A stretch of DNA of 63,832 nt, filler included, from Octopus bimaculoides (lineage: Eukaryota): NCBI RefSeq assembly GCF_001194135.2. It is 4 parts of 4 records of this genome, joined end to end, with 100 filler letters (N's around TTAATTAATTAA, not from the genome) between each part and the next. Parts side by side here need not be neighbours in the genome. Positions count along the whole stretch, not along the records: positions 10,205 to 29,887 come from NC_068985.1; positions 29,988 to 35,449 come from NC_068983.1; positions 35,550 to 63,832 come from NC_069010.1; 1 more part is not named here. One strand, 5' to 3'. The translations under genes and the position numbers were made by a program. The notes under the pieces were generated by a model, which made no database searches, had not been told where the DNA came from, and worked only from the letters and a program-made list of their open reading frames with translations. Of this stretch, positions 27,017 through 38,591 are shown in pieces; positions within the stretch are counted from its first letter, which is position 1, and each line of letters opens with the position of its first letter.

Positions 27017-27864
27017 CACACAGTATTTCCAAATGCCTGCATTTGGGTAGTACGTTATTTAAAAAACCCCGAAAGCATGAAAATCAAATTTTGTCTCAAC
27101 GGTATTTGAACTCAGAAAGTAACAACCTAGAAAAAAATAGCTACTCAATTTGACCAATATGCAAACGAATTCACAAGCCCCCCCCCCGCCATTATATAGC
27201 ATTGCTATAACAGATGCACAATATAATACTGAGCAACTGAAAAGCTTGCGTGTGTTACCTACTTCATATTCTTAGACCATATTCACAGATGTTACATGGT
27301 GTAGTGTTAATCATGAATAGTTCGCACAATATTTATTTTTGTGGACTTTCGCTTATTTCATACTAGCTTAAGAACCTTTTAAGCTAGTATATAGCAACTG
27401 GCCCCAAATGGGAAGATCTGCAAAGAGATCTCTGACTTGATTTGGAGAATTTGTTGCAATTGCTATCCCAATTATGTTCATATTCATCACAAAAAAATCA
27501 TGTAAAAAAAATCGCTGTAAACAATCGCAGTAATGAAAACATAGGTATCCAAAATTTCAGGATTGCAGGCCCGGATTCGGCCCAGAATGTATTTAATTTA
27601 GACACGGAGTTGGCCTTTAGATTATAAACGTTATTATCGTAATAAAATATTTGTCGCAAAATGTCACGTAAAAAAGTCGCCGTAAACAATCACAGTAATG
27701 AAAACTTTTCAGACTAATCTTTGTTAGGGTTTATGATGTTTGTAAATGATATAAAATTTGTGGAGCAAAGGTTTATATAAACTTATAAATACAACTCACG
27801 TATATTAATAATATAACAATTCATTATAGATACCGTACATCATTGTAAAGAATCGTTTACATAC

Positions 27865-28045
27865 GGAAACAAATGTTTATATTCTTGGCCTGTGAACAAT
27901 ACGTTATTGGATTTACATATTTTGGTTTAACTTTAAAATCAAGTGATAGGTAACATTTTACATTCGTCCCTGCATTACTAGCAATAGCGTTGTTTACAAA
28001 TTCCTCAAAACATTGCAGATTCTTCGGGTCATTATGCAGATTATG
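27865..28045 (-). CDS. Candidate exon of an unrecognised gene (HNLHNDPKNLQCFEEFVNNAIASNAGTNVKCYLSLDFKVKPKYVNPITYCSQAKNINICF)
   Basis: ggttgtag| ... C|gtatgt; 60 open codons in very AT-rich DNA; no homology recognised. Confidence 0.5.
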
Positions 28046-28115
28046 CTACAACCATTTTGATAAATTATAATTTAAGAGCTGTGTAGGCATTTGTTAAATA
28101 TTGATCATCTCTTAC

Positions 28116-28199
28116 AACATAAATTCGATTTGAACTAAAACCTCCGCTGAAATAAGTTTCGCCATGAAGAGCGAGCTCAGTTAAACAAACTTGCCTGTC
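28116..28199 (-). CDS. Candidate exon (DRQVCLTELALHGETYFSGGFSSNRIYV), joining the 27865-28045 candidate across a 70-nt intron
   Basis: caattttag| ... |gtaaga; phase 0-0; 5' boundary ambiguous (alternative AG 5 nt inside). Confidence 0.45.
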
Positions 28200-29128
28200 C
28201 TAAAATTGCAACTGAAAATTAGATATTGTCAACATATGCCATGATATTTTACGTAACACATATTCTATCATTCATATCCCTTACATTGCTATATTACTTG
28301 AAATAGAATGATTGCATAATATTTGAATAATTATTATCCTACCAGTTACAGTAACATTGTCTGAAAGCGATCTGTGGGAATATAGGAATAAATCATTTTA
28401 TATATGTAACATTATTCATATAACGTTGTACAGTTTGCTTTCGCTGGGCTACATTTTTAGAGACGTTAATACTAATAGAATATTTAAAATGTAAAACAGG
28501 AGTGTAAAATATCACTCCATACAGCTGTACGTAGTAATTAACAACATCCATTATTCATAAAATGATAAACCTTGCTACTCTTTTGCCAATATATTTCAGA
28601 ATACTGTGAATCAAGTAATTTTACCTAATATATTATTCCTTCATGAAAATGCATCTCAGTTTTACGTTTCACTTTGTATCTCAGTTAATTTAATTTTGAT
28701 TACATATGTTTAGGATTTATGATCTATTAATGCATTTGTAAATATATTTCAGGTTAGTTTTATAAAAGTAATTCATTTCTCTATGTTATATTTATTTTTT
28801 TCTTTTCAATATTGTAATTATACATCAATTATCATCATAAAGTTCCGTTCTCATCATTATCACATAACGATATATTTCTAACATTAACTAACTTAATAGA
28901 AACCAATAGTCTTCCACATATTACTCTTCATCTCCGAACCATTCAAGTAGACCCTTTATTTATCCACACCCTTCTGAATTTCCATAGATGGGTTTCAATA
29001 CTTCAATGCATTGAGTAATGTTATACTAGTGGCGTGAATCAGCAGAGTGAGAAAAATACGTTTTATCTGAAACCTAATAGGAATATTACATACACATATA
29101 TATAATGTGTGTGTGTGTTTGTGTGTGC

Positions 29129-29159
<31 letters not shown>

Positions 29160-29343
29160 CTTTTTAATTTATGAAATTATAAACTTATATGATGTGAGTA
29201 CTGACACTTATGTCTCGTATGGCTTCATAGAGAAAGAACACATAATTTGAACAGATAATTGCTTATGTCTATCATTGTTTTATAGCTCTCAGTGATACAT
29301 CAATTTGATTATACCTATATTTTGTAATTTATTGTACATATAT

Positions 29344-29388
<45 letters not shown>

Positions 29389-29887
29389 TATTTCCATTAT
29401 CTTCAGTAAGTTTTTGATTATTATAATACAAATAGATGATGTTTGCTTATATTATATATTGTAGTTATTGACACAAGTAAATGAAAATTATTTACATTTC
29501 TAAAACAAATATAAAATCGATACATATCATAAAGACGTTCACCGTACGCTGTGTATGCGCACGCGTGTGTGTAACACGAAAGCATGTTTTCTTTCCTATA
29601 TTCTTGTCAAAAATGAATGTCTAGCTATTATGTATATTGTTATCATATAAATTATCCCGGATTATACAGCACACGAGTCATATCTGTAAGTGTCACATGA
29701 AATCAGAATGCGAGGAAGATGACGATGCAGTGTGTAGGCAAAACGATATAAAATTACTTACTTCAGTGAAATAAATGAAGGCATAACTCTTGTGCCTTTT
29801 TGTATCATCTAACTGTCTGAATGTTTTGTTGTCGCCTGTTGCGTTCTTATTCCATTCTTTTTATATACATATAGCAGCGTATATATA

Positions 29888-29987
29888 NNNNNNNNNNNNN
29901 NNNNNNNNNNNNNNNNNNNNNNNNNNNNNNNTTAATTAATTAANNNNNNNNNNNNNNNNNNNNNNNNNNNNNNNNNNNNNNNNNNNN
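29888..29987. other. Synthetic assembly joiner (44 N + TTAATTAATTAA + 44 N)
   Basis: Same layout as at 10105. Confidence 0.95.
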
Positions 29988-30043
<56 letters not shown>

Positions 30044-32530
30044 GCATATATGAGTGCGGGGTGGGTGTCACCAACTGTGCAAATAACATGAAATATGTAA
30101 ACAAACGAGGGGGAAAAAAAGAGTGAAATACGTAAACAAGATCAACGGCTGGAATATCGGTGAACCATTAATAATTTAACTTGCTAATTCCAATACTGTA
30201 TCAAAAATTTATGTGCGGGGTTTTATTTTTCAATGGTTTTGTTATTCTATGTTCTACTTTCAAATCCTACGTTTTGTGCTTCTCTCGCAATGAAAATATT
30301 CTTCAGTATATGTTAGTGAGATTAAGTCAGTCGACCAAAACTTTGGTCTTGTTCTGACTCAACTCAAATTGATCTTATCCTTATTCAAAGGAAATTGGTT
30401 TTACAGCTTAACTCAAGCAACCTGAGCTGGTAGCCACTCAAATTAAACTGGTTTTGTATCAAGTCAAATAAACCAATATCACCTAATCAAATAAATTGGC
30501 CTTGTGCCTAGTTCTGGTAAACTTGTCTTGTATCCAAATAACCTTACATCAAGTCAACTTTAATGACTATGGGTGTTGAACAAGATTTTTGAAAGTCTAG
30601 ACAGGGACTTGTTATGATTGTCGGTTGTAGTCAAATGAAATTTGCCATGTACCTAGTAAAACAAAAATGATTGTTGTCTCATCAATTGTCTTCTATCTCA
30701 TCATCATTGTTGTCGTTGTAAAACAAGTTCCTTACGAGTTTCATCAGCAGGAGTTTTGAGTAACGGTTTGGCGCAAATTCACTTAAAATCTGCCACTAAT
30801 AGTAAATGTCAGCCACAATATCTCATTTATCTTAGTTCACTAAAGTACAAGAACTTTATTCTGAGGAGAAACGGAAACAAACCTCGATTCAACATAGTTT
30901 AAATAGAGGAGGTGATTCACTGGGTGGCAGTTTTAGCATGTTAAGTGAATAAGGTGACTGAATGAAGGAGGTAACCCATAACGTGGAGTAATTAACAGGC
31001 TAAAAGAATAAGGTAACTGATTAAATGGAGGTAAGCATTGAGTAGAGAGATAACACGCTGAGAATAGATGACCCATTAACCAGTGATGGAAATTTTTGAA
31101 TGAAAAAAATGAGACACTGAGTCGAGTAGGTGGGCAATGGAGTAGAAGAGGTGGCAACAGAGTGGCGATCTAAAAGTATTACACTGCTAAGTCTTTTTCC
31201 TTTGTATTTTAAGTTTGAATCTTACACTTCGTGATCCAGTTCTTGTCTCATTGTATTTTTAAGATAAATTACTTTATACTTAACATTATACTATCCACTT
31301 GTAAGCACAGCGAAGTTTTGGTGAGTACAATTTTGAGGCCAACACCTGCAATGAACTGATGAGCATTACTAATCACAGTAAATTGCGATCATCAGCGTTG
31401 TAAGTATCGGTAGCACTATAAGATTAACCAGTATTTCTTTAGATTCTAGTTAACATGAAATAGAAAGGACAACGTCAAGTTCACGGACACACTACATGTG
31501 ACACAGAAGCAATACTCAGTAGCGTTCCAGCAATCTTAAAGGTCATGAGACCAACAGATATACAAGAGGAATTTGATATACCATAATATCTCCCTCAGCA
31601 TCAATAACACTACAAAAGATATTCATTTGCATATCATCGAAAGAAATCGATAATATTTTAGTGCTTAAATTTGGCTGATATTCTTTAGTGATTAAATTTG
31701 CTTGATACTTTTTCCTCATTAATAATAGCTGAAAGGTCATTTTAAACGTCATTTGATAATTAGTGTGACCTCAAAATTTTCTGTGAAATATTATTGATTT
31801 AATTAATTTTGAATCAAATAATATGAAATATAAACGAGAAGCTTCTCATATAAAAATCGATAGTGAGCGTCGCCGAGTGTGATGTAACCTTTCCAAAGAT
31901 TTTAATCACTGATCACATTTCGATTCCTCTTGTATACATTTCTTCTCAGTCTTTGTTTCCTTACTGTCCTCAGAAAAACAAAAACAATTACCACAACCTT
32001 TTCGTATCTAATTACAAGAAACCAATATATATCCCTCAGTAATTGAATGCACCTTAAAGCAAGGCGTTAGTTTCAGGTCTGACTGTATGCCTCGGGTTCA
32101 ATCTCCAATGGTATCCATTTTTTCTTGAGTTTCAACGAACTCTCATTCCAACTTCTACAAAAATTTAAGCACCGTTACGTTACTAAATGACTTTAGGAAA
32201 GTTATGAACATCACAGCAGCCCACTTCACCTTTCCGAAAAAATAGGACTTTGTACTTAGTCACACATAATTTAAGTATCGTCTCCAAAAGAGTGGGAGTT
32301 TGATAGAATCGGTGGAGCGACGAATAAAAACATGCTTTGCAATATATTTCGCTCTGTATGTTATAAGTTCAAATCTCACCGAGACTGACATTACCTTTCA
32401 ACTTCGTGGGATCGATAAAGTAAAGTATCAGTAAAATACTGAGGTTCGATTTAGTGGTATATATTTTATTTTATGGACGTATTGTGTTACAATAAATATT
32501 AGAGGGAAATGAAAAATTTTTCCCAGCAAC

Positions 32531-33076
32531 AGCCAGCAAGAACGCTGGATGTAGTTTGACTTTTGGGGGGGCCTTTTCAATGATATGTACCTGCAGCCAA
32601 CCACATTCCTGAACGAGAATTTGTTGTCTTCAATATAGGAAAGAGCGAAAAATCATCTACTGATGTCACGAATAGCCATCGCACTGAATAAAATTCCGGT
32701 ATGCGCAATTGAGGCACTATTAAATTAAAATAGCTATCTGTATGGTCATACTTAATGCATATACATCGTTCACAAGCCAGTTGTTGCAGTATCCATCTTA
32801 AGATAACATTTGTTACGGATGTGCCGTGTTAGAAATGCAATAAATATAAGGAGACGAAAAGGTCGCCACAACATGAGCCAGCAAGAATGCCAGATGCATT
32901 TTGACCCTTTAAGCTTTTTCATTGACATTTTCTTACAGCCAGTCAACTATCTAGACGAAAATTCATCGCCTACAATATTGGAAACGGTGCATAAAACAAT
33001 CACTGATGTTGTGAATAGCCTCCTGACAGAATAAGATATGGTATATGCAATAGAGGCAGTGTTAAATTAAAATAGC
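32531..33076. repeat. Diverged direct duplication, about 200-bp units (32531-32734, 32876-33076)
   Basis: Shared blocks agccagcaagaa, cagcca, actgatgt..gaatagcc, gaggca...ttaaattaaaatagc. Confidence 0.85.
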
Positions 33077-33889
33077 CAATTATGTATACTAAATGTATGT
33101 ATATATATATATATATATATATATNNNNNNNNNNNTATATATATAAATTTGACATGGGCGATTCTTTCTTGTCTTGGGAGTCACGGTCAAACGACTGGGT
33201 GGAATTGCGCGAAAAGTTACACAGATGTGTAGAATTATCCGGTGCTACTGCTGGGCATTGTATTTTTTTTTCATAGTACCCATGGTTACCGAGATAATCT
33301 ACTATAATAATACTTTTGTATGTATGAATGAGAAAGGAAGGGGTGATAGATGAATAAGGAAGGAAGATGTGATATCATACTTGGTAGTGGGATGATGAAA
33401 ATAGTATGCTGAAAACATAAATCAAACAGCGTTTCAACTCTGTGTGAATATATGCGTGTGTATGTAAAAGGGAGGATATGTGAATGTGCGTGTGTGTGTG
33501 TGTCTGTGTGTGCGTGTGCATGCGAAATAAAAGTGGGATTTTTGTGAAGTCTTTCTTTGTAGTGTTTCAGTTATTTGTTTCAGATGGGGTTTTTTCTCTT
33601 GGTTTTTAAATGTGTGTAATATATCGCATTGAGGTTGAGGTATTTAATGTTTTTTCAGTTATTATTATTTTTTGTTTTTTTGTTTTTTTACCTTTGAAAA
33701 TTTAAAAGATTTTTTATCTATTTTTTTATTTCTTTTAATTTTTGTTTTATTTTTTTATGTTTGTTTCTGTTGTTTTGCATCTTTATGTTTCGCATCTTTG
33801 TTCGCTTACTATTTGGGTTTATTTTTTGATTTGGTTGAATCTTGGTTGGTTTTTTTGATGGTCAGTTATTTTTAGCATTTTGACAGAAA

Positions 33890-34568
33890 GAAGTCATTCT
33901 AAAATTGTCATTTAACGTAGGGTTCCAAGCAGTACTGTTCTCTGCAAGTGCTCCACCCTTATTTAAGCCCCTATTTGTTCCACGTACTTCTCGAGATTTT
34001 TTCTCACTGTTCCCAGGGCTCCGACAATCATTGGTACTACTGCTACCTTTTTCATCGACCACAACTGCTTAACTTCCCAAGCTAACCTATCATATCTCTC
34101 AACTTATCTTTCTTCCTTATCGCATACCTTGTTGTCAGCTGGGAATGCTATATCTATGATCCAGCATAGTTTGTTTTGTTTCTTAATTAAGACTATGTCC
34201 GGCTTCCTATTCTCAATCTCATGGTCGCACTGAATCATAAAATCCCATAGGAGCTTTGCATTTCCATTTTCGGTGATGTCTTCAGATTTGTGGTCATGCC
34301 AATTTTTTGCTCTGTCAAGGCCATACTTGTTGCAAAGTGTCCGATGGACAAGCCTGGCCATATTGTCATGGCGTCTCTTTTACTCCTTCTGGGCTAGTGA
34401 CGTACATTGGCTGGTAATATGCCATACGGTTTCACCGTTTTGTCCACAGATTCTGCACTTATCACTTTCTGCTGTGTTGTCTATTCTGTATTTTATGTAG
34501 TTTGTTCTTAGTGCTTGCTCTTGGGCAGCACAGATTAGAGCCTCCATTTCCAGATTTAAATCACTTTT
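33890..34568 (-). mobile_element. R4/Dong-clade non-LTR retrotransposon, C-terminal fragment (CCHC knuckle + restriction-like endonuclease), pseudogenised
   Basis: One frame with scattered stops: AAQEQALRTNYIK..CRICGQNGETVWHITSQC..KE*KRRHDN..KLLWDFMIQCDHEIENRKPDIV..IIDIAFPAD..IVGALGTV..LLGT; upstream part lost in a gap. Confidence 0.85.
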
Positions 34569-35120
34569 NNNNNNNNNNNNNNNNNNNNNNNNNNNNNNNN
34601 NNNNNNNNNNNNNNNNNNNNNNNNNNNNNNNNNNNNNNNNNNNNNNNNNNNNNNNNNNNNNNNNNNNNNNNNNNNNNNNNNNNNNNNNNNNNNNNNNNNN
34701 NNNNNNNNNNNNNNNNNNNNNNNNNNNNNNNNNNNNNNNNNNNNNNNNNNNNNNNNNNNNNNNNNNNNNNNNNNNNNNNNNNNTATATATATACGAAAAG
34801 TTGCATTTTAGGTACTTACGAACACACAAAGACTGTTACATTAAATTTTTTTTTATTTTTTAACATGTCAAATATTTCCTCGTATTCTAACTGGGCCCCA
34901 CCTGCAAGGTCATGTGTTGTTTATCTTGATATGAAATCACCATGTCGCGCACATATGGTTGTGATGCATGCACCTGGTGTACCCTTATCAAACAGGTAGT
35001 CATGATGGGTATATTGGGTTTCGTATATTTGTACCCCAATATCACTTTGATGCCATGCGCTGCTTCCTATATAATGGTTTCAAATTTTGTCACAAAGGCA
35101 GCAATTTTCGAGAGGGGTAT

Positions 35121-35259
35121 AGTACTTATTTTATCGACCTCGAAAGGATGAAAGACAAAGTCGACCTCGGCGGAATTTGAACTCGGAACGAAGCGGCAGA
35201 TGAAATACCGCTAAGCATTTCGTCCGGCGTGCTAACGATTCTTCCAGCTCGTCACCTTC
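35121..35259 (-). mobile_element. SINE family A copy, 5' part
   Basis: Reverse-complement homology to the 2417 copy. Confidence 0.85.
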
Positions 35260-35282
35260 TGCTCTCTCAATAATAATAATAA

Positions 35283-35366
35283 TAATAATTGGCAGAAGTG
35301 ACTCAAGGGTGTTATCGTGCGAACGCACGAAACTCTCACCCCTTGAGTCACTTCTGCCAATTATTA
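35283..35366. repeat. Fold-back element: 27-bp perfect inverted repeat with a structured 30-nt spacer
   Basis: taataattggcagaagtgactcaaggg ... cccttgagtcacttctgccaattatta. Confidence 0.92.
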
Positions 35367-35449
35367 AGAATTATTTATATACTCATGTTTTGAATTCTAA
35401 TTTTCTTGTTTGCATCACCAAACCTATATACAAATATAAGGCGGTGAGC

Positions 35450-35549
35450 NNNNNNNNNNNNNNNNNNNNNNNNNNNNNNNNNNNNNNNNNNNNTTAATTA
35501 ATTAANNNNNNNNNNNNNNNNNNNNNNNNNNNNNNNNNNNNNNNNNNNN
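35450..35549. other. Synthetic assembly joiner (44 N + TTAATTAATTAA + 44 N)
   Basis: Same layout; unrelated repeats are truncated on each side. Confidence 0.95.
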
Positions 35550-36280
35550 CCTTCCTAATGCCAACCACTCTGAGAGTGTAGTGGGTGCTTTTACGTGCCA
35601 CGAGCACGAAAGCCAGTCAGGCAGTACTGGCAACGACCATTCTCGAAATGGTGTATTTTACGTGCCACCTGCACAGGAGCCAGTCCAGCGGCACTGGCTA
35701 CGATCTCGTTCGAATGTCTTTAAAATATGCAGATCTGAATGGATAAGAAGTTCACTTCACAATCTCAAGGTCCTGAGTTCAATTTCACTTCAGACCAGTG
35801 TTGCATCGTGGCCTCAGGGCCACCTATGCCTTTCTGAGTGAGCTGGGATAAACAGAAGCTGTGTGCTAAATTAAAAACATGTGAACATCCTTTTTCCAGC
35901 AAACTGATTCTTCTTGAAGTCTTCTCTGGTTTGTTCTGCTCCCTTGGGTTGGTTAGGCTGCAATACTACCCATCCTCCTGGATGGTACACCAGTCCTTTT
36001 GCAGGGTTAATTCCCAGTTGTTACTAGTGTGCTGAGTGAACTGGCGCAGTGTGAAGTGTGTTTTTACTCACAGACGCAACACACCACCCAGTCTGGGAAT
36101 TGAAACCACGACGAAACGATTGTGAATGCAGCGACCCTAACCACTAGGCCATGTGACTTTGCCTATGCTTGAGGAATATAACATTAATGGTACATGCATG
36201 TTTCCATGGAATACTCAGCCATGTAGTTGCTTATTCAATGAATCTGTAGTCCGGTCGATCAGACATCTGGAATACTATTG

Positions 36281-36323
<43 letters not shown>

Positions 36324-36940
36324 CACGCACACACTAGGTTACAGTAGTAGACAATAGATGGGGCTGCTCCCTGCTCCTTTTTGAACCCTTTAGCATTCAG
36401 ATTATTGTGTTAAGTTTTTAATTAATCATGCCTCATGTCTTAGGTTTGAGATTTCCATGATGTGATTCTGTATTTGTATATATATATATATGAGGCGCAG
36501 GAGTGGCTGTGTGGTAAGTAGCATGCTTACCAACCACATGGTTNNNNNNNNNNNNNNNNNNNNNNNNNNNNNNNNNNNNNNNNNNNNNNNNNNNNNNNNN
36601 NNNNNNNNNNNNNNNNNNNNNNNNNNNNNNNNNNNNNNNNNNNNNNNNNNNNNNNNNNNNNNNNNNNNNNNNNNNNNNNNNNNNNNNNNNNNNNNNNNNN
36701 NNNNNNNNNNNNNNNNNNNNNNNNNNNNNNNNNNNNNNNNNNNNNNNNNNNNNNNNNNNNNNNNNNNNNNNNNNNNNNNNNNNNNNNNNNNNNNNNNNNN
36801 NNNNNNNNNNNNNNNNNNNNNNNNNNNNNNNNNNNNNNNNNNNNNNNNNNNNNNNNNNNNNNNNNNNNNNNNNNNNNNNNNNNNNNNNNNNNNNNNNNNN
36901 NNNNNNNNNNNNNNNNNNNNNNNNNNNNNNNNNNNNNNNN

Positions 36941-36979
<39 letters not shown>

Positions 36980-36987
36980 GTGTGTGT

Positions 36988-37283
36988 GAAGGCTCATGGC
37001 TTAGTGGTTAAGATGTTGTACTCACAATGGTGAGATTGTGGGTTTGATTCCCAGACAGGGCGTTGCGTTGTGTTCTTGAGCAAAGCACTTCATTTCACAT
37101 TGCTCTGCGATCATTTCGACATCTGACATGTGGTACCCGTTGCACCTGTGCAGGTAATGTTGATCTGATGGAGGGAGTGAGCTTGTTTACACAAAACATT
37201 TGATCACTATAAACAAATCATCTGTGTGGTTGTTTGGTAAGAAATTGTAGAACCCTCATACGTCGTCTAACGACGGGAGAGTC
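36988..37283 (+). mobile_element. tRNA-derived CORE-like SINE, family D; relatives at 43654-43890 (+) and about 35930-36153 (-)
   Basis: A box TGGCTTAGTGG, B box GGTTTGATTCC, followed by gttgtgttcttgagcaaagcactt. Confidence 0.75.
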
Positions 37284-37294
37284 CATCATATATA

Positions 37295-37327
<33 letters not shown>

Positions 37328-37720
37328 GACAGGCTTCTTTCAGTTTCTGTTTATCAAATTCACTTGCTACACTTTGGTTGGCCTGAGGTTATAGTAGAAG
37401 ACACCTGCCCAAGGTGCCATGGAGTGGGATGGAACCTAGAGCCATGCAAGGAGGGGAGATGAACAAGAGGGAGAGAGTGCATGGAGAGCAGGAGTGTGGA
37501 CCAGGACGAGAGAGGGAGAGCAAGAGGGAGGGAAAGTAAAAGAGCCGAGCAAAAAGGGAGAGATTCTATGGTTGACATTGTAGGGTAGGTGTGAGAAGCC
37601 AGATCTGGCCAGTTTGAACATAAGACTGGCAGAGTATTTGGGCCGGATGTGGCCCTTTTGAATACCAAAGGGTTTACGTTATTCCATCAAGCAATGAATT
37701 TCTTTCTCTGTCTTTTCCAG

Positions 37721-37786
37721 GATGCTTGTCGTCTGCAGAAAATTATGATGGACAAGAAGAAAGAACTGGAAAAATTTGAAGTAAAG
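37721..37786 (+). CDS. PBRM1: PBRM1 exon, BD3 C-terminal helix (DACRLQKIMMDKKKELEKFEVK)
   Basis: tcttttccag| ... |gtaagt, 66 nt, phase 0-0. Confidence 0.85.
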
Positions 37787-38027
37787 GTAAGTGCTGCCAC
37801 CCACCTTACAAAGATGCCTTGTGTCTGTGTCGTTTTGTCTTTTATTACTGTTTTTATAGNNNNNNNNNNTAGTGTAGCCTACACAAAAGGAAGTCTTGTG
37901 TGCTGTGAGTTCTCAGATCCAGACAGGATCCACTTTGATGGGTCGTCTTTTGGAGGTTTCATAAAATAAAGTACTAGGACTTCATCGAGGTCTCTGAAAA
38001 ATTCTTGGCTTTGTACTTAATTCAGGG

Positions 38028-38060
<33 letters not shown>

Positions 38061-38540
38061 GTTATTAAGGCGGCGAGCTAGCAGAATTGTTGGCGTGCTA
38101 GACAGAATGCTTAATGGTATTTAGCCCGTCACTACATTCTGAGTTCAAACTCTGCCGAGGTTGACTTTACCTTTCATCCTTTCGGGGGTTGATAAAATAC
38201 ATACCAGTTAAGCAATGGGGTCAATGTAATCAACTATCATCTGCCCTAAAAGTTGTACCTTTAATAGAAAGGATTATTATTATTATTATTGTTCAGTAGT
38301 TTTATTTTTATAACGTGCTTTCACTTCACTACCGAGCGCAGCTCTGTGTGCCTTGGGTATGTGCTCTGGTTTGCTGTGATGCTCTTACTTTTACTGTACT
38401 GAAAGTGTTTTGTGTAGGATGTGTGCAGTACCCAGTAGTGCAATTTTCTGTATGTTATATATATTTGTAAGTCCTGGTGTTTTTGTTATGTATTTGTCTG
38501 AATATTTTTTATTATACCTAAGGCACCCACTATGATAGGA

Positions 38541-38591
<51 letters not shown>

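Noticed and set aside
33780-33890. Possible shared 3' tail between the R4/Dong LINE and SINE family A
   Set aside because: I see no similarity between the sequence downstream of the LINE stop and the family A tail.
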